Origin: a bacterium UBP14_UBA6098
GTDB taxonomy: Bacteria; UBP14; UBA6098
DNA: 64,000 nucleotides
Assembly (NCBI GenBank): GCA_002428525.1
Contig: DIWU01000020.1
Span: 4,907-68,906, forward strand
Reading direction: 5' to 3'
A model generated the notes under the pieces. The model was not told the DNA's origin. It made no database searches and saw nothing but the letters and a program-made list of their open reading frames with translations. The translations under genes and the position numbers were made by a program. Below, in pieces: positions 9,914 to 18,962 of this stretch (positions are counted from its first letter, which is position 1; each line of letters begins with the position of its first letter).

Positions 9914-10558
9914 ATGCCGATTCTCTCTCAAGAAAATGGCGACCTTTCACAAGCGCGCCGGACGATGGTCGAGAGGACTATTGTCGCGAGAGGGGTTAAT
10001 GATGCATCGGTGCTCGAGGCGATGCTGAAGGTGCCGCGGCACAAGTTCGTCCCGAAATCGGTGGTCGCGGAGGCCTACGAGGACAGCCCCTTGCCGATCG
10101 GCTACAATCAGACTATTAGCCAGCCCTATATTGTCGCCCTCATGGTCCAACTCGCCGAGCTCGGCCCGGCGAGCAAGGTCCTCGAGATAGGCACCGGTAG
10201 CGGCTATCAGGTCGCGGTGCTGTCCGAGATTACAAACTCGGTGTTCTCCGTCGAGATAGTCCCGGAGCTTATGGTCGAAGCTATTCGCACCCTCACCGGA
10301 CTCGGATACACGAACGCGCATCTGCGCCACGGCGACGGCTATTTCGGCTGGCCCGAGGAAGCGCCCTTCGACGCGATCATTGTTTCCGCGGCGCCGCCCT
10401 CGATACCGAATATACTACTTGAACAGCTCGCAATCGGCGGAAGGCTTGTCGTGCCGGTCGGCCAAAAGAACCAGATGCTTCAGGTCGCCCTACGGCGCGA
10501 GGATGGCTTCGAGCTTCGCGATATCATCCCCGTCCGCTTCGTCCCGATGATCCACTGA
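9914..10558 (+). CDS. pcm: Protein-L-isoaspartate O-methyltransferase
   Basis: VPRHKFVP, YEDSPLPIGYNQTISQPYIVALM and VLEIGTGSGYQ motifs. I chose the ATG at 9914 rather than the ORF-track start, which overlaps the upstream gene. Confidence 0.9.
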   Translation: MPILSQENGDLSQARRTMVERTIVARGVNDASVLEAMLKVPRHKFVPKSVVAEAYEDSPLPIGYNQTISQPYIVALMVQLAELGPASKVLEIGTGSGYQVAVLSEITNSVFSVEIVPELMVEAIRTLTGLGYTNAHLRHGDGYFGWPEEAPFDAIIVSAAPPSIPNILLEQLAIGGRLVVPVGQKNQMLQVALRREDGFELRDIIPVRFVPMIH

Positions 10559-10564
10559 TAACAA

Positions 10565-10828
10565 ATGCAACGACCCGATTTGCTTAAAAGCTTGATTTTC
10601 GCGGCGATTGTGCTGATAATCCTAACCTTGTTTTTCATCGGGATTTTGGCAAATCGAATCTCTATTCTCGAAGGAGAGGATCTGTCGATAAAAAGCGTCA
10701 TTAGAAGCTTCGATTTACTATACGAAATCGTGGTTTTGCCCTACGGCAATATAATTCATTCGGTTATCGCCCTGCTTATGGCTACCGCGGTGCTTTCGAC
10801 CTTGGGAAACAGAAGGGGAAGATTATGA
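10565..10828 (+). CDS. Small membrane protein, hypothetical
   Basis: 87 aa with two hydrophobic helices. Its stop overlaps the start of the next gene (ATGA). Confidence 0.4.
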   Translation: MQRPDLLKSLIFAAIVLIILTLFFIGILANRISILEGEDLSIKSVIRSFDLLYEIVVLPYGNIIHSVIALLMATAVLSTLGNRRGRL

Positions 10829-12042
10829 CAAAGAGGATAGCTTGCACGATTGTTTGCCTTGTTTTAGCCGCGCAATGCATCGAAGCCGCGGACAGCCTCG
10901 GAGTGAGCCTTTTGGGGCGCTTCACCGCAACATCGCCGGAGGATATAGTAGTTGTGGGGGACAGGGCCTATATAGCGAATTCCTCGGGCGGGCTTCAGGT
11001 TCTCGATGTCTCGAATCCGGCCGCCATCGCCGAATTGGGCTATCTCTTCCTTCCGGGAAAGGCTACCGGTGTATGCATCCTCGGCGATTATATCGGCGTC
11101 GCATGCTCGGATAGCGCGTTTCGCATTCTGAACGCCTCGAATCCTTCGGCGATCTCAGTGGTCGGAACCTTTAGAAGTTCTTCTGCGGTTTATCGTTGCG
11201 AGGCCCGAGGCGACACGGTTTTCACTAACGGCGGAAAATTTCTGGTAATAGACGCTTCGACGCCGGCCTCACCGACCCTGATCGGCGAATTCGCAAGCGT
11301 TTTCGATTACTCGCGCTTCGCGGTCCAAGGCGAAACGGCCTACCTCGCCGAAAAGAATTACGGCCTATCGATAGTTGATTTGGAGAATCCCGCCTCACCG
11401 AGCGCTCGCGGCCGCCGCTTCGCTCTCGAGCAATATATCAGGGGAGTTTGCGCCGACAGGTTCGGCAAGATCTATATCGCGGCCAACTCCGGCGTGTTTG
11501 TCATGCGTTGGCAGGGCGATACGCTCGCCCAGATCGGGTTTCACTCCACATCAGCGCCGGTGCACGATATCTTCGTGGACGGTGGTTTTGCCTTCATAGC
11601 CTGTGGCGCTTCCGGCCTGAGGATTCTGGACATCGCGGAACCCTCGACTATCACCGAGGTCGGCTTTTACAACCTCGGCTCCGAGTGCACCGACCTATTC
11701 CACAGCTACCCGATTGCTTGGCTTTCCGGCCTCTGGGCGCGTATTAACGCAATGAATATCGGCTCATTCTCCGAAATCGCCGAAGCGGTTGAGACCCCGA
11801 GGTCGTTCGAAGTCGTCCTGCTTCCGAATCCCTTCAACAGCTCGCTGACTATCTCCGCGGCAGAGCCTTTCGTAGCGGAGATCTTCGACATCTCGGGGCG
11901 GGTGGTTCACCGAGCCTCTTCCGGAGAGGATGGGACTTTCATTTGGCAACCCAACCCACAGACCGAGTCGGGAATTTATCTGGTTAAAACGAGCTTCGCC
12001 AACGGTGGCGCTACTTTGCGGAGGGCGGTTCTCCTCAAGTGA
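10825..12042 (+). CDS. LVIVD-repeat secreted protein with a T9SS-type C-terminal domain
   Basis: Has a signal peptide. Repeated units have the form AYIANSSGGLQVLDVSNPAAIAELG and YGLSIVDLENPASP. The tail is LLPNPFNSSLTISA..AEIFDISGRVVHR..SGIYLVKTSF..AVLLK. Confidence 0.8.
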   Translation: MTKRIACTIVCLVLAAQCIEAADSLGVSLLGRFTATSPEDIVVVGDRAYIANSSGGLQVLDVSNPAAIAELGYLFLPGKATGVCILGDYIGVACSDSAFRILNASNPSAISVVGTFRSSSAVYRCEARGDTVFTNGGKFLVIDASTPASPTLIGEFASVFDYSRFAVQGETAYLAEKNYGLSIVDLENPASPSARGRRFALEQYIRGVCADRFGKIYIAANSGVFVMRWQGDTLAQIGFHSTSAPVHDIFVDGGFAFIACGASGLRILDIAEPSTITEVGFYNLGSECTDLFHSYPIAWLSGLWARINAMNIGSFSEIAEAVETPRSFEVVLLPNPFNSSLTISAAEPFVAEIFDISGRVVHRASSGEDGTFIWQPNPQTESGIYLVKTSFANGGATLRRAVLLK

Positions 12043-12066
12043 ACACTTAAAAAATTCCTATATTGC

Positions 12067-12094
12067 TTGAAATACTGAATAAAAGAAATATAAT
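12067..12094 (+). promoter_or_regulatory. Sigma70-like promoter candidate upstream of the 12136 gene
   Basis: TTGAAA (12067-12072), a 16-nt spacer, then TATAAT (12089-12094). GGAG lies 5 nt upstream of the ATG at 12136. Promoter consensus in this lineage is unknown. Confidence 0.3.
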
Positions 12095-12135
12095 ATCGTA
12101 TGAAGTTCGAGAAATGAAGGAAAACCGGAGAAGCT

Positions 12136-12381
12136 ATGCTTTTAGGTCAGATTCTCATTAAAGAGGGTTTTTGCACCGATAAGGATATTTTGGCCGCGCT
12201 TGATAAGCAACAGCATGGCGACTCGCGTTTCATCGGCGAGATACTGATTTCCGATAATGTTATAACTGAAAACCAGTTAAAAAGGGCCCTCGAGATACAA
12301 TTCGGGACTTATAAAAAGGGTCTCCTCAGCCCGAAATGGGCGAGAGTCTGGTGCTCTCTGAAAAAGGCTCTCTTCCAATAA
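12136..12381 (+). CDS. Stand-alone GspE-N/MshEN-like domain protein
   Basis: 81 aa. Two tandem approximately 24-aa units, LLGQILIKEGFCTDKDILAALDKQ and (R)FIGEILISDNVITENQLKRALEIQ, resemble the RLGxxLLxxGLLxxxxLxxxLxxQ repeats of T2SS/T4P ATPase N-domains. Confidence 0.55.
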   Translation: MLLGQILIKEGFCTDKDILAALDKQQHGDSRFIGEILISDNVITENQLKRALEIQFGTYKKGLLSPKWARVWCSLKKALFQ

Positions 12382-13980
12382 CTATATAACAATTAACGAG
12401 TTAACCGCGCCTTGCTCAAAGTTTTCGAGCGTTGTAAACGCTTCGGGAATCGAGGCGACTATATCGCCGGCGATCATACCCCTGCGCCCGAGCCTTTTTT
12501 CCGCAAGGTCTCCGGCAAGGCCGTGAATATAAACACCCAATCTCGATGCGTCAAGCGGCGAAAGGCCCTGTGCGAGCAATCCCGCAATCAGGCCTGTAAG
12601 GATATCGCCGCAACCGCCGGTGGCCATGCCGTCATTACCCGAAATATTAATATAGATCGGGCCGTCGGGCGAGCTTATCGTCGTGGGGGATCCCTTCAAA
12701 ATGAGGACCTCGGCGCCAAGCTCGTTAGCCCATAATTGCATATTGTTAAATCTATTACATAATATCACATCAATTGGAGTATTAAGTAATCGCGCTAATT
12801 CACCGGGATGTGGAGTCATAATGACACTATCGCCGAACCGCACCGCGATTTCCCGATGGCGCAGATTAGCTATGCAGTTAAGTCCGTCGGCATCGAGCAC
12901 CGTCGGTTTGGAGAGTTTCGGCATAAGCCTCGCGGTAAGATCGACTGTTTCGCGATGCGTCCCGATTCCCGGGCCGAGGGCTATAGAATCCGCCCCCGAG
13001 ACAAGCCGTAAAATATCCCCGAGTGCCCTTGTGGAAAAGCATCTGCGCCTCGCGACCTGCGGAACCCCGCGAACAACCGACTCTTTCAATCCAAGATCGA
13101 CGATATCGGTAAGTCCTTCAGGGACAATCGTTTCGACCAGTCCGACACCGCTCCGAAGTGCGCCCTCGGCGGATAGCAAAGCCGCACCGGTCATCCCGGA
13201 GCTTCCCGCGATAACTGCGACGTTGCCGAAAACCCCCTTATGGCCGTCCGAGGGCCGCATGGGCAACATCGATTTAAGTTCAATCGGCCTATCGATTCTG
13301 AGATCGAAATCGCCGAGGCCCTTTTCCGCGGCGGCCTCTGGTATTCCGATATCTGCGACGAATAGCCTGCCGACAAATTCCCTTGCGGGATATATGAATT
13401 GACCGAGCTTGGGCAGGCCGAAGGTCACAGTCGCGACGGCCGGCACCGCCAATTCTTCTACAGCGCCGCTGTCGGAATCCGCGCCGGTGGGGTTATCGAC
13501 CGCGATGATCGGCAGGCCGGAGATTGAGAGCGCTCTGACAAAATCGGCTATAACCCCCTTGGGTCGGCCCTTTGCACCGGTCCCGAGTAGCGCGTCGATA
13601 GCGAGCCCCATACAATCGAGCGGGGGCACTTCGGACCGGCAAATCTCGAAGCTTACGCCCGAATCCCGCGCCTCTTCGTAGGCCAGCGCGGCGTCGCCGG
13701 CGAGGGTTTGCGGATCCACCGTCGAGAATACCCTCACCTCAAAAGCCCTGTTTTTAAGCAATCTGGCTGTCACCCAGCCGTCGCCGCCGTTATTTCCGGG
13801 GCCTGTAAAAATGCCTATATAACCACCGATAGATAATTCCTCGAAGTATTTCGCCGCGATTCGCGAAACAGCCTCGCCGGCATTGTGCATAAGCTCAATT
13901 CCCGGTATTACCATCTCATCGATCGCAATCCGATCGATTCGCCTCATTATTTCGGACGTGACTACGCGCATAATAACCAA
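12382..13980 (-). CDS. nnr: Bifunctional NAD(P)H-hydrate repair enzyme (epimerase/dehydratase)
   Basis: 532 aa. The YjeF_N part has GPGNNGGDG and the C-terminal carbohydrate-kinase part has GGCGDILTGLIAG. Confidence 0.9.
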   Translation of the reverse strand: MVIMRVVTSEIMRRIDRIAIDEMVIPGIELMHNAGEAVSRIAAKYFEELSIGGYIGIFTGPGNNGGDGWVTARLLKNRAFEVRVFSTVDPQTLAGDAALAYEEARDSGVSFEICRSEVPPLDCMGLAIDALLGTGAKGRPKGVIADFVRALSISGLPIIAVDNPTGADSDSGAVEELAVPAVATVTFGLPKLGQFIYPAREFVGRLFVADIGIPEAAAEKGLGDFDLRIDRPIELKSMLPMRPSDGHKGVFGNVAVIAGSSGMTGAALLSAEGALRSGVGLVETIVPEGLTDIVDLGLKESVVRGVPQVARRRCFSTRALGDILRLVSGADSIALGPGIGTHRETVDLTARLMPKLSKPTVLDADGLNCIANLRHREIAVRFGDSVIMTPHPGELARLLNTPIDVILCNRFNNMQLWANELGAEVLILKGSPTTISSPDGPIYINISGNDGMATGGCGDILTGLIAGLLAQGLSPLDASRLGVYIHGLAGDLAEKRLGRRGMIAGDIVASIPEAFTTLENFEQGAVNSLIVI

Positions 13981-13989
13981 TCTATTATA

Positions 13990-14826
13990 TTAGAATCTAA
14001 TCGTCAAGCTTGCCGATGGAGTGATAATATGCTGATGTGTAATACCTACAGCATCGGGGTAGAAGTTTAGGTTGAACATCTCCATCGCGACGACTACCGC
14101 GTCGCCGACCAACAACAGCGGCCAAACATCGGTCTGCTCGGCGATCTCGGAGGCGCCGTTCTGAATCGCTGTATAAACCGCGCCGCGGACACATTCCTTC
14201 CAGAAGAGAAAGCGGGGGTAATAGGTATCGAAGCGCCCGGAAAGCGAAAGCTCGAAGCTCCGATCCTTTCCGAACGCCACTCCGAGGCCTATCTCCTTAG
14301 TATCGAAGAGGTGCACCTTGTCGGTGCGAGCATCGACATCGGAGGTGTAATCCGCGAAGGTCCCTGTGCGCCCCGCTTCGGGGTCGGCCCTTAGAAAATA
14401 AAGGCCTGTGGCCTTGCCGTTCACAATAGAGAGGTGTTTGCAGGGAAAGATAGAACTTCTTGTCGAGAGCGCAAAACCGAAGAGCGCTAAGTCGAGATCG
14501 TCCGATTGAAAAGCGCTGTGCGAGAATTCCGCGCCTATAGTCATATGGAGCGGGAGTTTATCGTCCTCGTCGGCCAATATCCCGAGGCCGGCGCGAGCGG
14601 AGAAGGATGGGTTGACCGCCTCGAAGTTTTCCCCGATGTCCCTGTTCACGGGCTTGTTATTGAGATTCAACGGGATCGAGTATCCAGCGCTTCCGGAAAG
14701 GTCGAAACCGAGCTTAAGGTTATCCTTGTCGAAATCCCAATAACCATAGGTGAAGCTCAATCCGTCCGATTCCGCCGCGAGCGCAAACGCCAGCGCCAGT
14801 AAAAGAAAAGCCGTTTTTTTTTGCAT
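13990..14826 (-). CDS. Putative outer-membrane beta-barrel protein
   Basis: Signal peptide MQKKTAFLLLALAFALAA, alternating-hydrophobic beta-strand pattern and C-terminal ..SASLTIRF (terminal Phe). Confidence 0.6.
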   Translation of the reverse strand: MQKKTAFLLLALAFALAAESDGLSFTYGYWDFDKDNLKLGFDLSGSAGYSIPLNLNNKPVNRDIGENFEAVNPSFSARAGLGILADEDDKLPLHMTIGAEFSHSAFQSDDLDLALFGFALSTRSSIFPCKHLSIVNGKATGLYFLRADPEAGRTGTFADYTSDVDARTDKVHLFDTKEIGLGVAFGKDRSFELSLSGRFDTYYPRFLFWKECVRGAVYTAIQNGASEIAEQTDVWPLLLVGDAVVVAMEMFNLNFYPDAVGITHQHIITPSASLTIRF

Positions 14827-14913
14827 AAAGAACTCCTTTAGATGACAATAAGCATTTGAAAAGAGTCAAAGTAATATAACCAAACCTCAGTCCTTCGACA
14901 AGTTGTTTTGTTA

Positions 14914-15483
14914 TTACTTAAATTGTGTTTCGCGCAACGCTTTCTCCGCCAAGGCCTTAACCTCGCGGACTCGCAGTTCTATATCGCCATGCACCTCGAA
15001 ATACGGCACAGAAAAAAGCTTTAAAATTGTAAAAATCATTCCATCAACTTGCGATTGATAATAGGGGTCGGGCGTGCGGGTTCCATCGGCAACCATAGGG
15101 AACTCGCCCGGACGAAGGAAGACGAGAATATCGTAGGGGTATCGTCGATAATGATTCAAAACCGACTCTCGATAATAGTCGATATCCTCGGGACTTAGCG
15201 GGCAATGCCTAAGATATAGTGTAAGGTTGTCGAAGACGCTACGGTCCGAGACGAAGCCGGTATCCTTACATTCTAATTCGCTGGCGATCTGGTATTCGAG
15301 GACGCGTCTTTGGAATGTCAAAATCTCGCTCTCGACCGCGCGGATCTCCTTCAGTGTCTTTCCGAACTCTGCGAGGACAACGCGCGCCTGTTCGCGTATC
15401 AGCGGCAATGACAGCTCCTTTGCGAGCCTTGCGGCGAGAGTGCTTTTGCCGGTGGATGATGCGCCTATTAATGCAATTTTCAT
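14914..15483 (-). CDS. P-loop ATPase/kinase, NadR-type (ribosylnicotinamide-kinase-like)
   Basis: 189 aa with an N-terminal P-loop KIALIGASSTGKSTLA. Size and layout resemble stand-alone NadR C-terminal kinase domains. The family call is tentative. Confidence 0.6.
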   Translation of the reverse strand: MKIALIGASSTGKSTLAARLAKELSLPLIREQARVVLAEFGKTLKEIRAVESEILTFQRRVLEYQIASELECKDTGFVSDRSVFDNLTLYLRHCPLSPEDIDYYRESVLNHYRRYPYDILVFLRPGEFPMVADGTRTPDPYYQSQVDGMIFTILKLFSVPYFEVHGDIELRVREVKALAEKALRETQFK

Positions 15484-15632
15484 TAGTAATTTGATATATA
15501 TTTAAAGTTAAATATTAAATAAACAAAATAACATAATGTTATCAAATGAATTACGCAAGATAGTTATATCGACACGTAGAATATCGCCTTTTCATTCAGT
15601 TAATATATACTATTGATTGCGATATTTCCAAT

Positions 15633-15660
15633 AAAAAAAGGGGGCTGACGCCCCCTTTCG
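15633..15660 (-). terminator. Rho-independent terminator of the lipoprotein gene 15684-16352
   Basis: On the minus strand this reads gaaagggggc-guca-gcccccuuuuuuu: a GC stem (15640-15645 / 15650-15655), a 4-nt loop and a U-run. It lies 24 nt downstream of the stop. Confidence 0.75.
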
Positions 15661-15683
15661 ATGAATGCGCGATAATATTGAAC

Positions 15684-16352
15684 CTAAAGGACTTCCTCGT
15701 CGGTGTTTTCCTCGGTTTCCTCTTTAGGGGTTTCGAGTTCCAAGAGTGTGGCGATCTTGTCGAGATTGGCCTCGATGAGGCTGAGTTCCTGCTCGGTGAG
15801 ACCGGATGGGAGTTCAATCGCGGTGTCGTCCGAGGACTCCATCTCAGCGATGGCTTCGCGAATCTCGGCCTTTTGCTCCTCGGGCATATCGGGGCTGTTA
15901 AGCTGGGCCTTGAGGTTTGTAACGGCCTCCGAAAGCTGGCCTTTGGCCTTCTGCATAAAATCCTTGGAGGTGACATAGTAGAAACCGGCAGTCACCTCGG
16001 CCATCGTAAGGTAAAACTCCGCCGGATTGTCGATACCCTCATCGCGGAGATCCTTATCGAGCTTGACATAAAGGTCTAAAGCCATCAGATCATTGTCGTT
16101 CTCGGAAAGATTTTCGGCCTGCTCGTTTTTCTTCTCGAGCAAGGCTTTAAAGATCGGATAGTGCGTGAAGAACTTGTCGAGCCTTGCGGGAGTAAGCTCG
16201 AAATTGCCCTCGCTGTCTTTGAGCTTGGCAAAATCCTCCGAGAGGCGGGCGCCGACCTCGGTGGCTTCCTTCGCCTTGTCTATCTGTTTGCAACAACCGG
16301 TGGCCAACAGGGCCACCAAGAGAATCGGAATCAACACAAATGCTTTTTTCAT
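15684..16352 (-). CDS. Acidic lipoprotein, hypothetical (paralog of 54718-55404)
   Basis: The start was moved to the ATG at 16352 (RBS AAGGAGG upstream). Lipobox LLATGC. It shares LTxxRxDxF..YP, GID..F..Y and LPxGLTExExxLxEA blocks with the 54718-55404 product. Confidence 0.7.
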   Translation of the reverse strand: MKKAFVLIPILLVALLATGCCKQIDKAKEATEVGARLSEDFAKLKDSEGNFELTPARLDKFFTHYPIFKALLEKKNEQAENLSENDNDLMALDLYVKLDKDLRDEGIDNPAEFYLTMAEVTAGFYYVTSKDFMQKAKGQLSEAVTNLKAQLNSPDMPEEQKAEIREAIAEMESSDDTAIELPSGLTEQELSLIEANLDKIATLLELETPKEETEENTDEEVL

Positions 16353-16523
16353 ATAACCTCCTTGGGATGCAGTATAATGCATATTAACAAAATGAAAATC
16401 AAGGTATATATTCAAAATCCTAAGTCGCTTAAAATAATGGAGATAGAAGCATTTTTTTAAAGTTTTGAAATCACTAAATCGACAGCCGAATAGAAATCGG
16501 CAAAAACGCCTCACCGTTTCAAC

Positions 16524-16552
16524 TTGACTAATAATGATAACTTAAGTAAATT
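16524..16552 (+). promoter_or_regulatory. Sigma70-like promoter candidate upstream of cysE
   Basis: TTGACT (16524-16529), a 17-nt spacer, then TAAATT (16547-16552), about 20 nt upstream of the cysE start. Confidence 0.3.
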
Positions 16553-16572
16553 AAACTCCAAAGGGGACTACG

Positions 16573-17232
16573 ATGTTCAAGAATATACGCTCAATCTATG
16601 AAAGGGACCCGGCTTGCAGAAGCTTTCTCGAGGCTGTGACGTGTTATCCGGGGTTGCACGCACTGTGGGCGCATAGGGTCGCGCATTTTCTCTGGGTGAA
16701 AATGCGGCTGAGGCTTTTTGCGAGAATTCTTAGCCAGTTATCCCGTTTCTTCACCGGAATCGAGATACACCCCGGCGCAAGGATTGGGCGCGGCCTCTTC
16801 ATCGACCACGGTTTAGGCGTTGTTATCGGCGAAACGACCATCATCGGCGACAATGTCACACTGTATCAGGGCGTCACACTCGGCGGAACCGGCAAAGAGA
16901 AGGGCAAGCGCCACCCAACGCTCGGAAACAACATCGTTGTCGGCGCCGGCGCGAAGATTCTCGGGAATGTCACTATCGGCGACGAGGTCAGGATCGGCGC
17001 GGGCAGTGTTGTCGTCCGAAATGTCGATCACGACTGCACTGTCGTGGGAATCCCCGGCCGGGTCGTGATCCAGCGCGGAAAGAAACTCCACGAGGCGTGG
17101 CTCGATCACGGCAACCTGCCCGATCCTATTGCGGAGAAATTGGCGGATATACAGAACCGAGTTCTCGAGTTGGGCAAACACCTCGGCGAGATCGAAACAA
17201 CGAAGAAAGAAGCCTCAAGCGAAAAGAAATAG
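16573..17232 (+). CDS. cysE: Serine O-acetyltransferase
   Basis: N-terminal SATase helix region ([32 protein letters not shown]) and hexapeptide repeats ([34 protein letters not shown]..). Confidence 0.9.
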   Translation: MFKNIRSIYERDPACRSFLEAVTCYPGLHALWAHRVAHFLWVKMRLRLFARILSQLSRFFTGIEIHPGARIGRGLFIDHGLGVVIGETTIIGDNVTLYQGVTLGGTGKEKGKRHPTLGNNIVVGAGAKILGNVTIGDEVRIGAGSVVVRNVDHDCTVVGIPGRVVIQRGKKLHEAWLDHGNLPDPIAEKLADIQNRVLELGKHLGEIETTKKEASSEKK

Positions 17233-17238
17233 GGCAAC

Positions 17239-18153
17239 TTGGAACGCCAATCGAAACAAATAACCGATCTCATCGGCAAAACCCCCTGTCTTCGACTCAA
17301 ATCCTTCGGTGAGGGCCTCGCCGAAATCTGGGCGAAGCTCGAGATGTTCAACCCGGGCGGTTCCATCAAGGATAGGGCGGTCCTCGCGATGATCGAGGAT
17401 GTGCTGAGCAGGGGAGCGGTGACCCCTAATTCTACTATTGTCGAAGCGACAAGCGGCAACACGGGAATCTCCCTGGCGATGATCTGCGCCTCAAAAGGTC
17501 TGCGATGCGTCGTTGTGATGCCCGATTCCATGTCGGTCGAGCGCCGCAAAGCCATCGCCGCCTTTGGGGCCGAGCTTGTCCTTACCGATGGTAAGCTCGG
17601 GATGGCCGGCGCCGTGGCTATGGCGAGATCGATCATCGACGATTCCGAGGGCGCTGTTGCTCTCGGGCAGTTCGAGAATCCCGCAAACGCCCTTGCCCAT
17701 GAGAGGACTACCGGCCCCGAACTGATTGAACAAATGTCCGGTCGAATCGATGCCCTCGTGCTGGGGATCGGAACCGGCGGAACAATAACTGGCATCGCGA
17801 GGTCTCTTTTAAAAGCGAAAATTTCGGCTCGGATTATCGGGGTCGAACCCGCCGAATCGGCGGTGCTGTCCGGGTGTTCCAGCGGAGAACACGGTATCGA
17901 GGGGATCGGCGCGGGTTTTGTCCCGGCTTTGTTAGATCGGTCGCTCATCGACGCAATTGTCACGGTTGACACGCGGACTGCGGCGGAATACACCCGTTTG
18001 CTCGCGGTTCAAGGGATTTTCGTCGGGATTTCATCCGGCGCGGCCTTGGCCGCCTCGATCGGGATAGCCGCTAAACTCGGCCCGAGCAAGAATGTCGTCA
18101 CGATCTTTCCCGATGGCGGCTTCAAATATCTATCGAAGAGTATCTTCAGCTGA
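17239..18153 (+). CDS. cysK: Cysteine synthase A (O-acetylserine sulfhydrylase)
   Basis: LIGKTPCLRL, NPGGSIKDRA (PLP lysine), TSGNTGI and GTGGTITG motifs. TTG start, directly after cysE. Confidence 0.9.
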   Translation: MERQSKQITDLIGKTPCLRLKSFGEGLAEIWAKLEMFNPGGSIKDRAVLAMIEDVLSRGAVTPNSTIVEATSGNTGISLAMICASKGLRCVVVMPDSMSVERRKAIAAFGAELVLTDGKLGMAGAVAMARSIIDDSEGAVALGQFENPANALAHERTTGPELIEQMSGRIDALVLGIGTGGTITGIARSLLKAKISARIIGVEPAESAVLSGCSSGEHGIEGIGAGFVPALLDRSLIDAIVTVDTRTAAEYTRLLAVQGIFVGISSGAALAASIGIAAKLGPSKNVVTIFPDGGFKYLSKSIFS

Positions 18154-18162
18154 GGAGCCGTC

Positions 18163-18534
18163 TTGACTGATAAATCCGAAGCTTCGGTTCAAAAGGGGAT
18201 GGTCGGCGAGGACATCGCGACGGCCTATTTGATGAGGAATGGTTACGAGATCATCGACCGAAACTGGCGAATCGGCGACGGCGAAATCGATATTATTGCC
18301 AAAAAAGAAAACATAATTGTTTTCGTCGAGGTAAAGACCGCCTACTCAGATGTTTTCGGCGATCCGATCGAGTGGGTCAATAAGGCAAAGCAAAGACAGA
18401 TTGGCAAAATCGCCGCCGTTTGGCTTGCCCAAAACGATCCCGGCGACTGTTTTTTCAGGTTCGATGTTATAGCCCTAAAGGGCAAGGGCGGAGATTTCGA
18501 CATCGAACATATGGAGGACGCTTTTATATTGTAG
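18163..18534 (+). CDS. yraN: YraN-family (UPF0102) endonuclease-like protein
   Basis: 123 aa with GEDIATAYLMRNGYEIIDRNWR..GEIDIIA..IVFVEVKT pattern. TTG start. Confidence 0.85.
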   Translation: MTDKSEASVQKGMVGEDIATAYLMRNGYEIIDRNWRIGDGEIDIIAKKENIIVFVEVKTAYSDVFGDPIEWVNKAKQRQIGKIAAVWLAQNDPGDCFFRFDVIALKGKGGDFDIEHMEDAFIL

Positions 18535-18894
18535 CTATTTCTTTTCGCTCTTTGATTTCTTCGGCTCGGCAACCTTGTTGCTCGTTTTGATCGCAGATTC
18601 CCGTTTTGTAAGCTCGAGCGCGATCATCTCCCAAATCTCGCTCCAGCGTTCGGGGGATTCATCGAGCTGGTTTTTGTATTCGAAGAACTGCACTCGGGTC
18701 ACTTTATGGTCATGAAAAACTGAATCTTGAACCGAGGCTAACTTGACCGAGTCCGACAGGAAGGTCTCCGCCGCAAAGGAGAGATCGACATAGAGCATAA
18801 CGAACTGGCTGTCCGTGAGAACCGGTTCCGCGGCCGAAACACAACCTGCGAGGACTAAAGCGCTGAAAGAAATTATTAAAAACTTGTTGAACAT
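18535..18894 (-). CDS. Small lipoprotein, hypothetical (DUF4296-like?)
   Basis: ATG at 18894 with AAGGTGA upstream, lipobox LVLAGC and a Lys-rich tail. The family assignment is tentative. Confidence 0.55.
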   Translation of the reverse strand: MFNKFLIISFSALVLAGCVSAAEPVLTDSQFVMLYVDLSFAAETFLSDSVKLASVQDSVFHDHKVTRVQFFEYKNQLDESPERWSEIWEMIALELTKRESAIKTSNKVAEPKKSKSEKK

Positions 18895-18962
18895 TCCTAT
18901 CACCTTGAGCAAAATGCTTTAATTCAAAGTTAAACCTGTTTTTTCATGGTTTCGCAAACATT

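Noticed and set aside
17106-17993. 295-aa ORF antisense to cysK. There are similar long antisense ORFs at 19247-20047 (ispG), 33084-34001 (fba), 46962-47813 (glyQS), 25537-26376, 27016-27666, 30165-30854, 12683-13402 and 4501-5061.
   Set aside because: Each lies fully inside a gene with clear family motifs on the other strand. Their products are Ser/Arg/Pro/Ala-rich, as expected for stop-poor antisense frames of GC-rich DNA.
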